Shown here piece by piece: positions 41,036-53,200 of a DNA stretch of 64,000 bases. The translations under genes were made by a program, and so were the position numbers. The number at the start of each line of letters is the position of its first letter. Position 1 is the stretch's first letter. The stretch lies in the NCBI GenBank assembly GCA_963700145.1, contig OY969474.1, positions 2,368,001 to 2,432,000 on the forward strand. Direction: 5' to 3'. This DNA comes from an uncultured Acidobacteriota bacterium. GTDB lineage: Bacteria > Acidobacteriota > Thermoanaerobaculia > Multivoradales > UBA5704. The notes under the pieces were generated by a model. It had not been told where the DNA came from, did not search any database, and was given only the letters and a program-made list of their open reading frames with translations.

Positions 41036-43522
41036 GGCCCGCCGTCCTCCGGCGGCTCCTCGTCGCCGCCCTCCTCCTCGTCCTCTCCGCCACCCTCGTC
41101 GTCCTCGTCGTCGCCGAAGACCTTCTTGAGCCACCGCCGGATCGGGTGGCGGCCCTCGGCGCGCTCGTTGCCGCGCTGGACCTCGGCGACCGCGTCTTCG
41201 ATCGCCCGGCCCGTGTCGTCGAAGATCGCCCACTCCTCCGTCCAGCCGCGGTGGCGGTCGCAGACCTGGTCGGGGACGTCGCCTTCGCGGAAGACCTCGG
41301 TCAGCACGTAGGGGCAGAACTCGGTGGCCAGGAGGCCGGTCGTCGGGTCGATGACCGCGGTGGAAACTCCCGGCGGCTGGTCGAAGGCCGGGTAGCCGCC
41401 GGCCGGCGCCACCGCCTTGGCGAAGCGCGCCCAGACCGGCACCGCGCCGCGCGCTCCGGAGAGGCGGGTCGGCGAGTTGTCGTCGTAGCCGACCCAGACC
41501 GCGGAGGCGCGGTTGGGGGAGTAGCCGACGAACCAGCTGTCGCGGCGGTCGTTGGTGGTGCCGGTCTTGCCGGCCACCTCGCCGCGCACCCCCCAGGAGC
41601 GGACGCCGCGGCCGGTGCCGCGGTCCACGACGCCCTGGAGGATCGAGGTCAGGAGATAGGCGGTCTGCGGCGTCAGCACCCGCGCGTGCTGCGGCAGGTC
41701 GGTGCCGGTCACCGGCTTGCCGTAGCGGTCGTAGACGGCCGCGAGACCGTGCACCGGCGGGCGGACGCCGCCGGCGGCCAAGGTGGCGAAGACGGTCGCC
41801 AGCTCGAGCGGCGTCACCTCGGCGGCGCCCAGCGCCACCGACGGGTTGGGCGCCAGCTCTCCTTCGACGCCTAGGGGGTTGGCGAAGTCGACGACCGCTC
41901 GATCCCCACCTGCAGCGCCAGCCGCGCCGTCGCCGGGTTGTAGCTCCGCTTCGAGCGCCGTGCGCACGGTCACCCAGTCGTGGAAGCTGCCGTCGTCGTT
42001 CTTCGGCCGCCAGGGGCGGCCGGCGAGGCGCACGGTGAGCGGCGAGTCTTCGAGGAAGGAGGCCGGCGTGGCGTGCCCGGTCTCGAAGGCGGCGGCGTAG
42101 ACGATCGGCTTGAAGGCGCTGCCGGCCTGGCGCTCGGCGCGGCCGGCGCGGTCGAACTGGCTGGCGCCGTACTGCCGGCCGCCGACGTAGGCGAGGATGC
42201 CGCCGGTGCGCGGGTCGAGCGAGACCAGCGCCGCTTGCAGCGGACCCTTCGCCTTGCTCCTTCGCTCGTAGGCCTTCTCGACCGCCGCGAGGCCCTCCTC
42301 GACCGCCTCCTGCGCCGCCCGCTGGTCGCTCCAGCCGAGGGTCGAGGAAGAGGGTGAAGCCGGCGTCCTCCAGCGACTCGACGCCGTAGCGGCGCTGAGC
42401 CTCGGCGGCCATGGCGTCGGCGAAGTAGGGGGCGCGGCGGCGGAAGACCGGCGAGGGATCGACCGCCATCGGCTCGGCGAGCGCCCGCTCGATGCGCTGC
42501 CGGTCGACCCGGCCGAGCGCCGCCAGCCGCTGCAGCACCCAGTCGCGCCGCGCCTTGGCGCGCTCGGGGTGGTGGAGGGGCGAGTAGGGCGCGGGGGCGC
42601 GGATGATGCCGGCCAGCGTCGCCGCCTCGTGCAGGGCGAGCTGCGAGGCGTCCTTGCCGAAGAAGGCGCGCGAGGCGGCGCCGACGCCGATCAGGTTCAC
42701 GCCGCCGGCCGAGCCCAGGTAGATCTCGTTCAAGTACGCCTCCAGGATCGCCCGCTTGCCGTAGCGCAGCTCGAGGAGCAGCGCCAGCACTAGCTCCTGC
42801 CCCTTGCGCACGAACGTCCGCTCCTGGGTCAGGTAGAGGTTCTTGACCAGCTGCTGCGTCAGCGTGCTGCCGCCCTGCCGCACCTCGCCGCCGCGATAGT
42901 TCTTCCAGGCGGCGCGCACGATGCCGGAGAGCGAGACGCCGGGGTGGCGGAAGAAGCTGTCGTCCTCGGCCGCCAGCACCGCCTCGATCAGGTCTTCGGG
43001 GACGCCGTCCACCACGACCGGCCGCCGCTCCTTGTGGTCGCTGCCGTAGTAGGTGTGGAGGAGCGGCGGCTCGAGCCAGGCGGCCTCGACCGCGGCCCCG
43101 TCCTTGGCCACCTTGGTCACCCGGCTGCCGCGGAAACCGACCTCCAGGAGGCCGCCGCCGGGCGTCCCTTCCGGCGTCACGAACTCGCGCAGGTGGACGG
43201 CCAGGCCGTTGCGGTAAGGGCGGTAGCGGCCGCCGAGAAGCGGCTCGGTCGTGTCGTCCTTCTGATAGCCGTCGGCGGCGAGCTCGCGGATCAGCCGGTC
43301 GCGCGACAGCGCCCGCCCCTCGTAGACGCGCACCGGCGCGGCGTAGAGGCGGGAGGGCTGGAGGTAGGTGAGGTCGTCGAACTGGCCGGAGAGGCGCCAG
43401 AACGGCCAGATGACGAAGCCCGCGAGCAGCGCGAAGCCGGCCAGGACGAGGAGCAGCCGGCGGGCCCGCCGGCGCCGGTCCTCCGGGGCCGGACGGCCTG
43501 CGTACTGCGGTCTGCGGTTCAT
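41032..43522 (-). CDS. mrcB: Class A penicillin-binding protein (PBP1B-like), frameshifted in this assembly
   Basis: Transglycosylase motifs EDDSFFRHPG, GGSTLTQQLVKN, RKGQE and YLNEIY; transpeptidase GSAFKP and GKTGT. Frame changes near 42340 and 41900-41945. Confidence 0.85.
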
Positions 43523-43608
43523 TGACGGGAGCTTACGTCCAACCGCCGGCCGTCCGTTTCAGGCGGCCGGCGGTCGGATCACGGCGGGAAAGTGCAAGCG
43601 GCGGACCA

Positions 43609-44667
43609 CTACGGAACGATGTAACCCTCGAAGATGGCGTCCCAGGTCAGGTTCGGGTTCCCCGCCGGCGCGGCGGAGTTGAACGTGAACGCGTAGACGT
43701 GGGAGTCGATCTGGACGTTCGGCACGTCGAAGATCGAGAGCCACCCCGCCTGCGTGCCCCGAGCTGGCGAGTTCTCGATGACGTTGACCACGTGGTCGAG
43801 ACGGATCGTGGTGTTCTCCACGGCGTTGCCGCCCTCGTCGTACTGCCGGTAGGTGTAGTCGGACTCGCAGGGATCGCGAGTCGCAGAAGATCGACGGTCC
43901 GCCCGCGAGGCCCGGCCTCCAGGTGAAGATGACCGCGCGGCTGCTGCCGGTCAGCGGGGCCGAGCGGAAGATCCGCAGGTGGAAGCGGTCGATGTCGCCG
44001 TCGTCCGAGCCGCGTCGAGCAGGCGGTGGTGCCGCCCGGGTTCGTCGGCGAGCTGATTGCGCGCAGAAGCGCGACGGTCGAGTCGATCTCCTCGCGGTTG
44101 TCGCCGCTGCTGTAGAAGCCTCTCATGAACGAGTCCGTGGTGCCGGCGACGTTCTCCAGCGGCACCATGGCCAGACCGTTCGCCGAGCCCTGCGACAGCC
44201 GGGTGTAGTAGATGAAGCCCTCCAGCGCGTTGGTGGTCCCGAACGGATAGCGGCCTGCGCGGGTTCAGGGCCGTCGCCGCGGTGACCACGTCGATGGTCA
44301 TGAAGCCGCGGTAGAAGGCGCCCTCGGTGAGCTGGGTGCGGACGGCCGGCGAGGCGGTGTTGATCAGGTCGCGCATCGCCGCGCTCCAGGAGTCGAGGTC
44401 GTCCAGGGTGATGTTGCCGTTGAGGCCGCGTCGCGTTGCCGTCGACGTCCCAGACGTGGTAGTGGAAGGTGATGTTGGCGAACAGCCAGTTGGTCACCAC
44501 CAGCAGCGTGTCGTGCGGATGGGTCGCGGAGTTGATCCCGGTCTCGAAGAACGGGACCAGCAGAGTGGCGGCGGGCACCCGGTCGGTGGCACCGGGGACG
44601 GCGAAGGCCGGTGCGGCCAGGGTCAGGGCCAGGAGCAGGAAGCAGGCGCACGGAGCGATCGGCGCAT
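43609..44667 (-). CDS. Secreted PAATLL-domain protein (frameshifted in this assembly)
   Basis: [10 protein letters not shown], signal peptide, PAATLLVPFFETG and YRGFMTIDVV, spread over ORFs 44123-44578, 43951-44376, 43647-44168 and 43609-43821. Confidence 0.65.
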
Positions 44668-44673
44668 CGACTT

Positions 44674-44783
44674 CTCCTCCAGGTTGGCGTGGGACGGGAG
44701 GAAGAACGCCTCCCGACGCGGGTGCGGCATGACAGACGGTTAGGCTGTCTCAGCCTAGCACCCGTTACACCAACCTGGAGGAG
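44674..44783. promoter_or_regulatory. Inverted repeat that can pair over the RBS of the 43609-44667 gene
   Basis: CTCCTCCAGGTTGG (44674-44687) and CCAACCTGGAGGAG (44770-44783) form a perfect 14-bp IR. An inner TAGGCTG-TCT-CAGCCTA palindrome sits at 44741-44757. Confidence 0.6.
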
Positions 44784-44797
44784 CGCCTCACCTTCGG

Positions 44798-45508
44798 TCA
44801 GAACCTCCAGGTGACGCCGGCCGAGATGTCGCGGCCGGAGAGGTCGAGGTCGCCGAAGCCCTCGAAGTCGTGTCCAGCTCGTCCTCGGCGCGCTGCCAGC
44901 GGCCCTCGGCGAAGAGGGCGACGTTGCGGCTCACCGGCACTTCGAGGCCGGCGAGCAGGTAGTAGCCGAAGGTCTCCCCCTCGGCGATGAAGGTGCCGGT
45001 GAAGATCTCCGCCGGCGGCGGGTTGAAGTCGATGAAGTCGCCCGACTCCTCGAAGCTGTAGCTGTAGAGGCCGCCGCCGGCGCCGACGTAGGGGCGGATC
45101 GACGGCGTCGGGGCCGACGAAGTGGAAGATGGCGCCGAGGGTCAACGACGTGATGTCGAGCGTCGTGGTGTGCACGATGTCGTCGCCGAACTCGTCGGTG
45201 AAGTCGATGTAGTGCTGGTCGGTCTCGCCCGCGAAGGCGGTGCCCGCGAAGAGGAGCGAGAAATGCGGCGTGACGTCGAGGCGGTAATCGAGGCCGAAGG
45301 AGAAGTCCTCCAGGTCCTCGGCCTCGCCGCTGAAGTCGAGCGCCTTCTCGTCCCAGTAGGACGAGTCCCCGTCCGGCACGAAGCCGCCGACGCGCAGGCG
45401 GAGGGCGTGGTCGGCGGGGTCGCCGCCGCGATAGCGGCCGTGCCGCTGGGCCGCCGCCGGAGCGGCCGCCAGGAGCAAGAGGACGACAGCGACGATCGAG
45501 CGCTTCAT
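44798..45508 (-). CDS. Outer-membrane beta-barrel protein (internal compensating frameshifts)
   Basis: Signal peptide, C-terminal ISAGVTWRF, and PYVGAGGG...FGYYLLAGLEV in the alternate frame. Confidence 0.8.
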   Translation of the reverse strand: MKRSIVAVVLLLLAAAPAAAQRHGRYRGGDPADHALRLRVGGFVPDGDSSYWDEKALDFSGEAEDLEDFSFGLDYRLDVTPHFSLLFAGTAFAGETDQHYIDFTDEFGDDIVHTTTLDITSLTLGAIFHFVGPDAVDPPLRRRRRRPLQLQLRGVGRLHRLQPAAGGDLHRHLHRRGGDLRLLPARRPRSAGEPQRRPLRRGPLAARRGRAGHDFEGFGDLDLSGRDISAGVTWRF

Positions 45509-45556
45509 GTTCGTTCTCCTTGCCCGTCGTAGGGACGGTGCTGGCGCGGCGTCGGG

Positions 45557-45572
45557 AGCAACCGCGGTGCCA
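45557..45572 (-). promoter_or_regulatory. Sigma-54 promoter
   Basis: TGGCACCGCGGTTGCT is an exact TGGCAC-N5-TTGC match, about 49 nt upstream of the OMP ATG. Confidence 0.78.
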
Positions 45573-45653
45573 GAGCGACGTGATCGCCGGAAGTGACTGT
45601 GCGCGAAGGGGTTGCGGCGAACTGCCGGCGCCGTGGGCCGGCGCGAACGACCT

Positions 45654-46028
45654 CTAGAGAGGACGGCGGGCGCGGCGCGCGTCGATGAACGACTTGACGC
45701 AGAGGACGACGAAGACGAGCGAGAGGAGGGCCATCGCCGCCTGCTCGAGGACCGCGTTGCGCCGCGCCAGCTCGCCGCCGCCCAGGAGCGCGAAGGCGCG
45801 GAGCAGGCCGGGGAGGCCGCCCAGGAAGGCGAGGAGCCCGAGCGCCGCGGCGGCGTGCATGGCGTGCTTGAGCAGCCGCTCCTGTCGGGCGAGGACGCCG
45901 CAGACGACGACGAGGACGCCGAAGAAGGCGGGGATGAGCGCGGTGACGCTCCCCTGCCCGGTGCCGAAGTAGAACCCCGCCCCGAGCGCGATCAGCAGCA
46001 CTCCGTAGGCGATGGTGACGGCCGGCAT
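45654..46028 (-). CDS. Small 4-TM membrane protein (TMEM14-like)
   Basis: YGVLLIALG...SVTALIPAFFG...KHAMH...SFIDARRAR. Confidence 0.8.
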   Translation of the reverse strand: MPAVTIAYGVLLIALGAGFYFGTGQGSVTALIPAFFGVLVVVCGVLARQERLLKHAMHAAAALGLLAFLGGLPGLLRAFALLGGGELARRNAVLEQAAMALLSLVFVVLCVKSFIDARRARRPL

Positions 46029-46105
46029 GCCGACAGCCTAGCACCGCGGCTGCAAAGTTCGGCGCGGCCTCCGACGCAGAACGCGCTGGCGCTAAAATCG
46101 ACGGC

Positions 46106-46657
46106 ATGAGAACGCCCCTTGCTCGACCGCTCACCTACGAAGAGTTCTCGCGGATGCCCGACGACGGCAAGCGCTACGAACTCATCGAGGGGGAGCTCGT
46201 CGAGATGAGCGCGCCGTTCCGCCGCCACCAGGAGCTGCTCGGCCGCCTTTACGTGGACTTTCTAGAAGCGCTCGGCGGCCGCGGCAAGGTCTATTTCGCA
46301 CCGCTCGACATCATCCTCTCGCCGATCACCGCCCTGCAACCGGACCTCACCGTCGTGCTGCCCGGCAACGAGGGCGTCCTCCAGGACTGGATCCGCGGCG
46401 CGCCGGACCTCGTCGGCGAGATCCTCTCCCGCTCGACCGCCGCGCACGACCGCGTCCGTAAGCTGCCGCTCTACGCCCGCTACGGTGTGCGCGAGTGTTG
46501 GCTGCTGGACGACCCGAAGCAGCTCCTCGAGACCTACCGCCTGGCGCCGGGCGCGAGCGCGTACCACCTCGCCGCCACCTTCCACCCCGGCGACCGCGCG
46601 ACCACGCCGCTCATCCCCGACCTCGCCCTCGACCTCGCCGCCCTTCTCGCCGATTGA
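46106..46657 (+). CDS. Uma2-family endonuclease
   Basis: RYELIEGEL, QPD, GAPDLVGEILS and KLPLYARYGVRECW. Confidence 0.92.
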   Translation: MRTPLARPLTYEEFSRMPDDGKRYELIEGELVEMSAPFRRHQELLGRLYVDFLEALGGRGKVYFAPLDIILSPITALQPDLTVVLPGNEGVLQDWIRGAPDLVGEILSRSTAAHDRVRKLPLYARYGVRECWLLDDPKQLLETYRLAPGASAYHLAATFHPGDRATTPLIPDLALDLAALLAD

Positions 46658-46711
46658 CCTTCCCGCGCGCGGTTGCGCGGTAACTTGCCCTTCCGCTACC
46701 ATCCCGCCGAG

Positions 46712-46731
46712 CTTGTGACGGTTGTCACAAG
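46712..46731. promoter_or_regulatory. Palindromic operator upstream of the act-cox operon (Rex- or CRP/FNR-like)
   Basis: CTTGTGAC-GGTT-GTCACAAG, just downstream of a putative TTGCGC-N18-TACCAT promoter (46673-46702). Confidence 0.7.
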
Positions 46732-46783
46732 TGGAGTGCTTCGATAAGGTCGCTGCGCCACGGCGGGAGGGAGAGCGCGCCGG

Positions 46784-47444
46784 ATGCAGATCTTCCACCG
46801 CAGCACCAACACCATCGCGAAGGTCAGCATCTTCGGGGCGGTCTTCTTCCTCGCGGCTGCTGCTCTGGGTCTGGCCCACTCTGCTGCGCTCCTCCTACGT
46901 CACCGGCCAGGGCGTCATCCAGGAGCAGCCGGTGCCGTTCAGCCACGAGCACCACGTCGCCGGGCTCGGCATCGACTGCCGCTACTGCCACACCTCGGTC
47001 GAGACGTCGGCCTTCGCCGGCATCCCGCCGACCAAGACCTGCATGAACTGCCACTCGCAGATCTGGACCGACAGCCCGATGCTCGAGCCGGTGCGCGAGA
47101 GCTTCCGCGACCGGCACAGCCGATCGCGCTGGAACCGCGTCCACGACCTGCCCGACTTCGTCTACTTCAACCACAGCATCCACGTCGCAGAAGGGCGTCG
47201 GCTGCGTCGACCTGCCACGGCCGGGTCGACCAGATGCCGCTGATGTGGCAGGACGGCGCCGCTGCACGATGGAGTGGTGCCTGGACTGCCACCGCGACCC
47301 CGAGCAGCACCTCCGGCCGCGCGAGCGAGGTCTTCAACATGGACTGGGCAGCCGCCGGCGGACCGGCGGCGCTGCGGGCGCGAGCTGGTCGACGCGAGTA
47401 CGACGTCAAGAGCCTCGACGAACTGCTCGACCTGCCACCGCTGA
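46784..47444 (+). CDS. actA: Alternative complex III pentaheme cytochrome c (frameshifted in assembly)
   Basis: [19 protein letters not shown], and CRYCH, CMNCH, CLDCH and CSTCH across frames. Confidence 0.88.
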
Positions 47445-47479
47445 GCCGAGGATGACCGACGAGCGACGGTCTGCCACCG

Positions 47480-50400
47480 ATGAGCGACCGACGCGCACGC
47501 GAGACCGGCCGGACGCTCGCCGCGGTCCGGCGCCGCCTGGCCGGCACGCGCGGCCGCGACTTCTGGCGCAGCCTCGAGGAGCTGGCCGGCGACGCCGGAG
47601 TTCGAGCGAGCTGCTGCACCGCGAGTTCCCGCGCCAGGCCTCGGAGTGGCTCGACGGACGTCGAGCCGCCGCGCGCGCTTCCTGCAGCTCGATGGGCGCC
47701 TCGCTCGCCCTGGCCGGCCTCGCCGGCTGCACCGCGCAGCCGCCGAGAAGATCGTCCCCTACGTCCGGCAGCCCGAGGAGATCGTCCCCGGCCAGCCGCT
47801 CTTCTTCGCCACCGCGCTGCACGCTCGGCGGCGTACGCGCACCGGCGTGCTGGTCGAGAGCCACATGGGCCGCCCGACCAAGGTCGAGGGCAACCCGCGA
47901 CCACCCGGCCAGCCTCGGCGCCACCGACGCCTTCGCGCAGGCCTCGGTCCTCGGCCTCTACGACCCCGACCGCTCGCAGGTCGTCACGCGCGCCGGCGCA
48001 GATCAGCACCTGGAGCGCGCTTCGTCGCCGCGCTCGCGGCGCGCGCTCGCGGCGCAGCAGGCGCAGCGGCGGCGCGGGGCTGCGCATCCTGACCGCGACG
48101 GTCACCTCGCCGACGCTGGCCGCGCCAGATCGCGGCGCTGCTCGCAGCGCTTCCCGCAGGCCGCGCTGGCACCAGTACGAGCCGGCCGCGCCGCGACCAC
48201 GCCGCGCGCCGGCGCGACGCTCGCCTTCGGCGCGGCCGCTCGAGCCGCGTCTACGACTTCGCCAGCGCCGACGTCGATCCTCTCGCTCGACGCCGACTTC
48301 CTCTGCGACGGGCCCGGCGCGCCTGCGCTACGCCCGCGACTTCGCCGCGCGGCGCCGGCCGCGCGCCGGCGCGGCGCGGCGATGAACCGGCTCTACGTCG
48401 TCGAGAGCACGCCGACCGTCGACCGGCGCGATCGCCGACCACCGGCTGGCGCTGCGCGCCGGCGGAGGTCGAGGCGCTTCGCGCGCGCGCTCGCCGCGCG
48501 CGCTGGGCGTGCGCCGGCGCCGCGCCGCGGCCGGCGCGCCGGCGCCGACCGCGGAGCGCCTCGCCGCTGGGTCGCGGCGGTCGCCGCCGACCTGCGCGCG
48601 CACCGCGGCGCGGCGCTCGTCGTCGCCGGCGACGACGCAGCCGCCGCGCGGTCCACGCGCTCGCCCACGCGATCAACGCACGCGCTCGGCAACGTCGGCA
48701 CGACGGTCGTCTACACCGAGCCGGTCGAGGCCGACGCCGGTCGACCAGCTGGCGCTCGCTCGCGCGAGCTGGTCGCGCGACATGCGACGCCGGCGCGCGT
48801 CGAGACGCTGCTCATCCTCGGCGGCAACCCGGTCTACGACGCGCCGGCCGACCTCGACTTCGCCGCGGCGCTCGCGAAGGTCGCCGCTGCCGCGTCCACC
48901 TCGGCCTCTACGACGACGAGACCGCCGAGCTGCTGCCACTGGCACGTCCCCGCGGCGCACTACCTCGAGACCTGGGGCGACGCCCGCGCCTACGACGGCA
49001 CGGTCGTCGATCGTCCAGCCGCTGATCGCGCCGCTCTACGGCGGCAAGACGCGCGCACGAGCTGCTCGCGGTCGCTCGCTCGGCCGCACCGACGCGCACC
49101 GCGCTACGAGCTCGTCCGCGAGCACTGGCGGACGCGAGCCGGCGCGCGGCGACTTCGAGGCCGCCTGGCGGCGCGCGCTCCACGACGGCGTCGTCGCCGG
49201 ACACCGCGCCGCCGCGCCGCCGCCGTCGACGCTCGCCGCGGCGCGGTCGCCGCGGCCGGCGGCCGCGCTCGCCGCGGCGCGGCGCCGGCGCCGGGCGAGC
49301 GCAGCTCGCTCTTCCGCGCCCGACCCGACGGTCTGCGACGGCCGCTTCGCCAACAACGGCTGGCTCCAGGAGCTGCCGCAAGCCGCTGACCAAGCTGACC
49401 TGGGACAACGCCGCTGCTCGTCGCGCCCGCGACCGCCGAGCGCGCTCGGCGTCGCGCAACGAGGACGTCGTCGAGCTCGCCGCCGGCGGCGCGCACGGCT
49501 GCGAGGCGCCGGTCTGGGTCGCTGCCCGGCCACGCCGCCGGACGCCGTCACGCTCCACCTCGGCTACGGCCGCACCCGCGCCGGCGCGCGTCGGCACCGG
49601 CATCGGCTTCGAACGCCTACGCGCTGCGCACCTCGGCCGCGCCCTGGTTCCGCGCCGGCGTCGACGGTGCGCAAGACCGGCGGCCGCCATCCGCTCGCCT
49701 GCACGCAGAACCACCACTCGCTCGACATGCCGGACGCCTACGAGGCCGCCGAGCGGCGCAAGCCGGTGCGCTCGGCGACCCTCGGCGAGTACCGCGAGCG
49801 ACCCCGACTTCGCTGCACGAGGGCGAGCACGGCCCGCGCGCACCTCTCGCTCTACCCCGAGCGACGAGTACGACGGGCTACGCCTGGGGCATGGCGATCG
49901 ACCTGAACGTCCTGCATCGGCTGCAACGCCTGCGTCGTCGCCTGCCAGGCGGAGAACAACATCCCGGTCGTCGGCAAGGAGCAGGTGCTGCGCGGCCGCG
50001 AGATGCACTGGCTGCGCATCGACCGCTACTTCGCCGGCGACCTCGACGACCCCGACGGTCCACTTCCAGCCGATGCTCTGCCAGCACTGCGAGAAGGCGC
50101 CGTGCGAGGTGGTCTGCCCGGTGGCGGCGACGGCGCACAGCGCCGAGGGCCTCAACGAGATGATCTACAACCGCTGCGTCGGCACGCGCTACTGCTCGAA
50201 CAACTGCCCCTACAAGGTCCGGCGCTTCAACTTCTTCCAGTACACCGACGAGCGAGACGCCGGTGCTGAAGCTGCTGCGCAACCCCGACGTGACGGTGCG
50301 CACGCCGCGGCGTGATGGAGAAGTGCACCTACTGCGTGCAGCGGATCAACGCCGCGCGCATCGAGGCGAAGATCGAGGGGCGGCCGATCCGCGACGGCGA

Positions 50401-50635
50401 GATCGTCACCGCCTGCCAGCAGGCCTGCCCGACCGAGGCGATCGTCTTCGGCGACCTCAACGACCCGAGAGCCGCGGGTCAGCGCGCTGCAAGGCCGAGC
50501 CGCGCAACTACGGCGCTGCTGGCCGAGCTGAACACGCAGCCGCGGACGACCTACCTCGCGCACGATCACGCAACCCGAACCCGGAGCTCGCCGGCGAGCC
50601 TGCAGCCGCCGCGGACGCCGAGACGCACGAGCTGA
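47480..50635 (+). CDS. actB: Alternative complex III molybdopterin-like/Fe-S subunit (many assembly frameshifts)
   Basis: [64 protein letters not shown] and MEKCTYC. Confidence 0.88.
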
Positions 50636-50637
50636 CG

Positions 50638-52041
<1,404 letters not shown>

Positions 52042-52049
<8 letters not shown>

Positions 52050-52576
52050 CCGCGGCGCGGTCTACGGCCTGCTGGCCGAGTTCCGCGCCCCGGAGGAGCT
52101 GCTCGCCGCGGCGCGGGCGGCGCGCGCCGCGGGCTACCGGCGGATCGACGCCTACACGCCCGTCCCGGTCGAGGGGCTGTCCGAGGCGCTCGGCCACCAC
52201 CACACGCGGCTGCCGCTGATCGTCCTGATCGGCGGCATCCTCGGCGGGGTCGGCGGCTTCTTCCTGCAGTACTGGGCCGCGGTCATCGACTACCCGATGA
52301 ACATCGGCGGCCGGCCGCTCAACAGCTGGCCGGCGTTCATCGCCGACCTTCGAGACGACCATCCTCTGCGCCGCGCTCTCGGCGGTGCTCGGCATGCTCG
52401 CGCTCAACGGCCTGCCGCTGCCGTACCACCCGGTGTTCAACGCCCGCGCTTCGCGCTCGCCTCGCGCGACCGCTTCTTCCTGCTCATCGAGGCGAACGAC
52501 CCGAAGTTCGACCGCGCCGCCACCGGCGCTTCCTCTGGACCCTGAGCCCCGCGAGGTCTCCGAAGTTGAGCGCTAG
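52042..52576 (+). CDS. actD: Alternative complex III subunit D (DUF3341) (frameshifted)
   Basis: YGLLAEF...[10 protein letters not shown]...[16 protein letters not shown]...[11 protein letters not shown]. Confidence 0.85.
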
Positions 52577-53200
52577 CGGACCGCACCTCAGCGCCGGCAG
52601 CTGAGCGCCGCGGGCTGGGCGTCGGCGCGTTCGCCTCCTCGCCGCCGGCTGCCGCCAGGACATGCACGACCAGCCGCGCTACGAGCCGCTCGAGGCGAGC
52701 GAGTTCTTCGCCGACGGCGCGTCGGCGCGGCCGCTGCCGGCCGGCACCGTGGCGCGCGGCCGGCTGCGCGCGGACCCCCGGCCGCCACCGGCATCGCCGA
52801 CGACGGCCGCTTCCTGGCGGCGCCGCCCTTCCCGCTCACCCGCAGGTGCTCCTGCGCGGCCGCGAGCGCTACGACATCTTCTGCTCGCCCTGCCACGACC
52901 GCATCGGCAACGGCCGCGGCATGATCGTGCGGCGCGGCTTCACGCAGCCGACCTCGTTCCACGAGCCGCGGCTCGAGGGGCGCCGGCGGGCTACTTCTTC
53001 AACGTCATGACCGAAGGCTACGGCGTCATGCCGAGCTACGCCGCGCAGGTGCCCGTGGCGGACCGCTGGGCGATCGCCGCCTACATCCGGGCGCTGCAGC
53101 TGGCGCAGGAGGCGCGCCTCGCCGACCTGCCGCCGGCGCAGCGCCGCGCCGCCGAGCTCGAGCTCGCTGCCCGCCCGGCCGCGCCGCCGGGCCGGCCGCC
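52570..53200 (+). CDS. actE: Alternative complex III monoheme cytochrome c lipoprotein (frameshifted; ends approximate)
   Basis: [14 protein letters not shown]...GTVARG, FCSPCH and MPSYAAQV...[12 protein letters not shown]. Confidence 0.8.

Noticed and set aside
40487-43522. Apparent PBP-glycolipid-binding-domain fusion (1011 aa)
   Set aside because: The middle of the ORF is out-of-frame nonsense while the transpeptidase motifs lie in other frames. It is two genes joined by indels.
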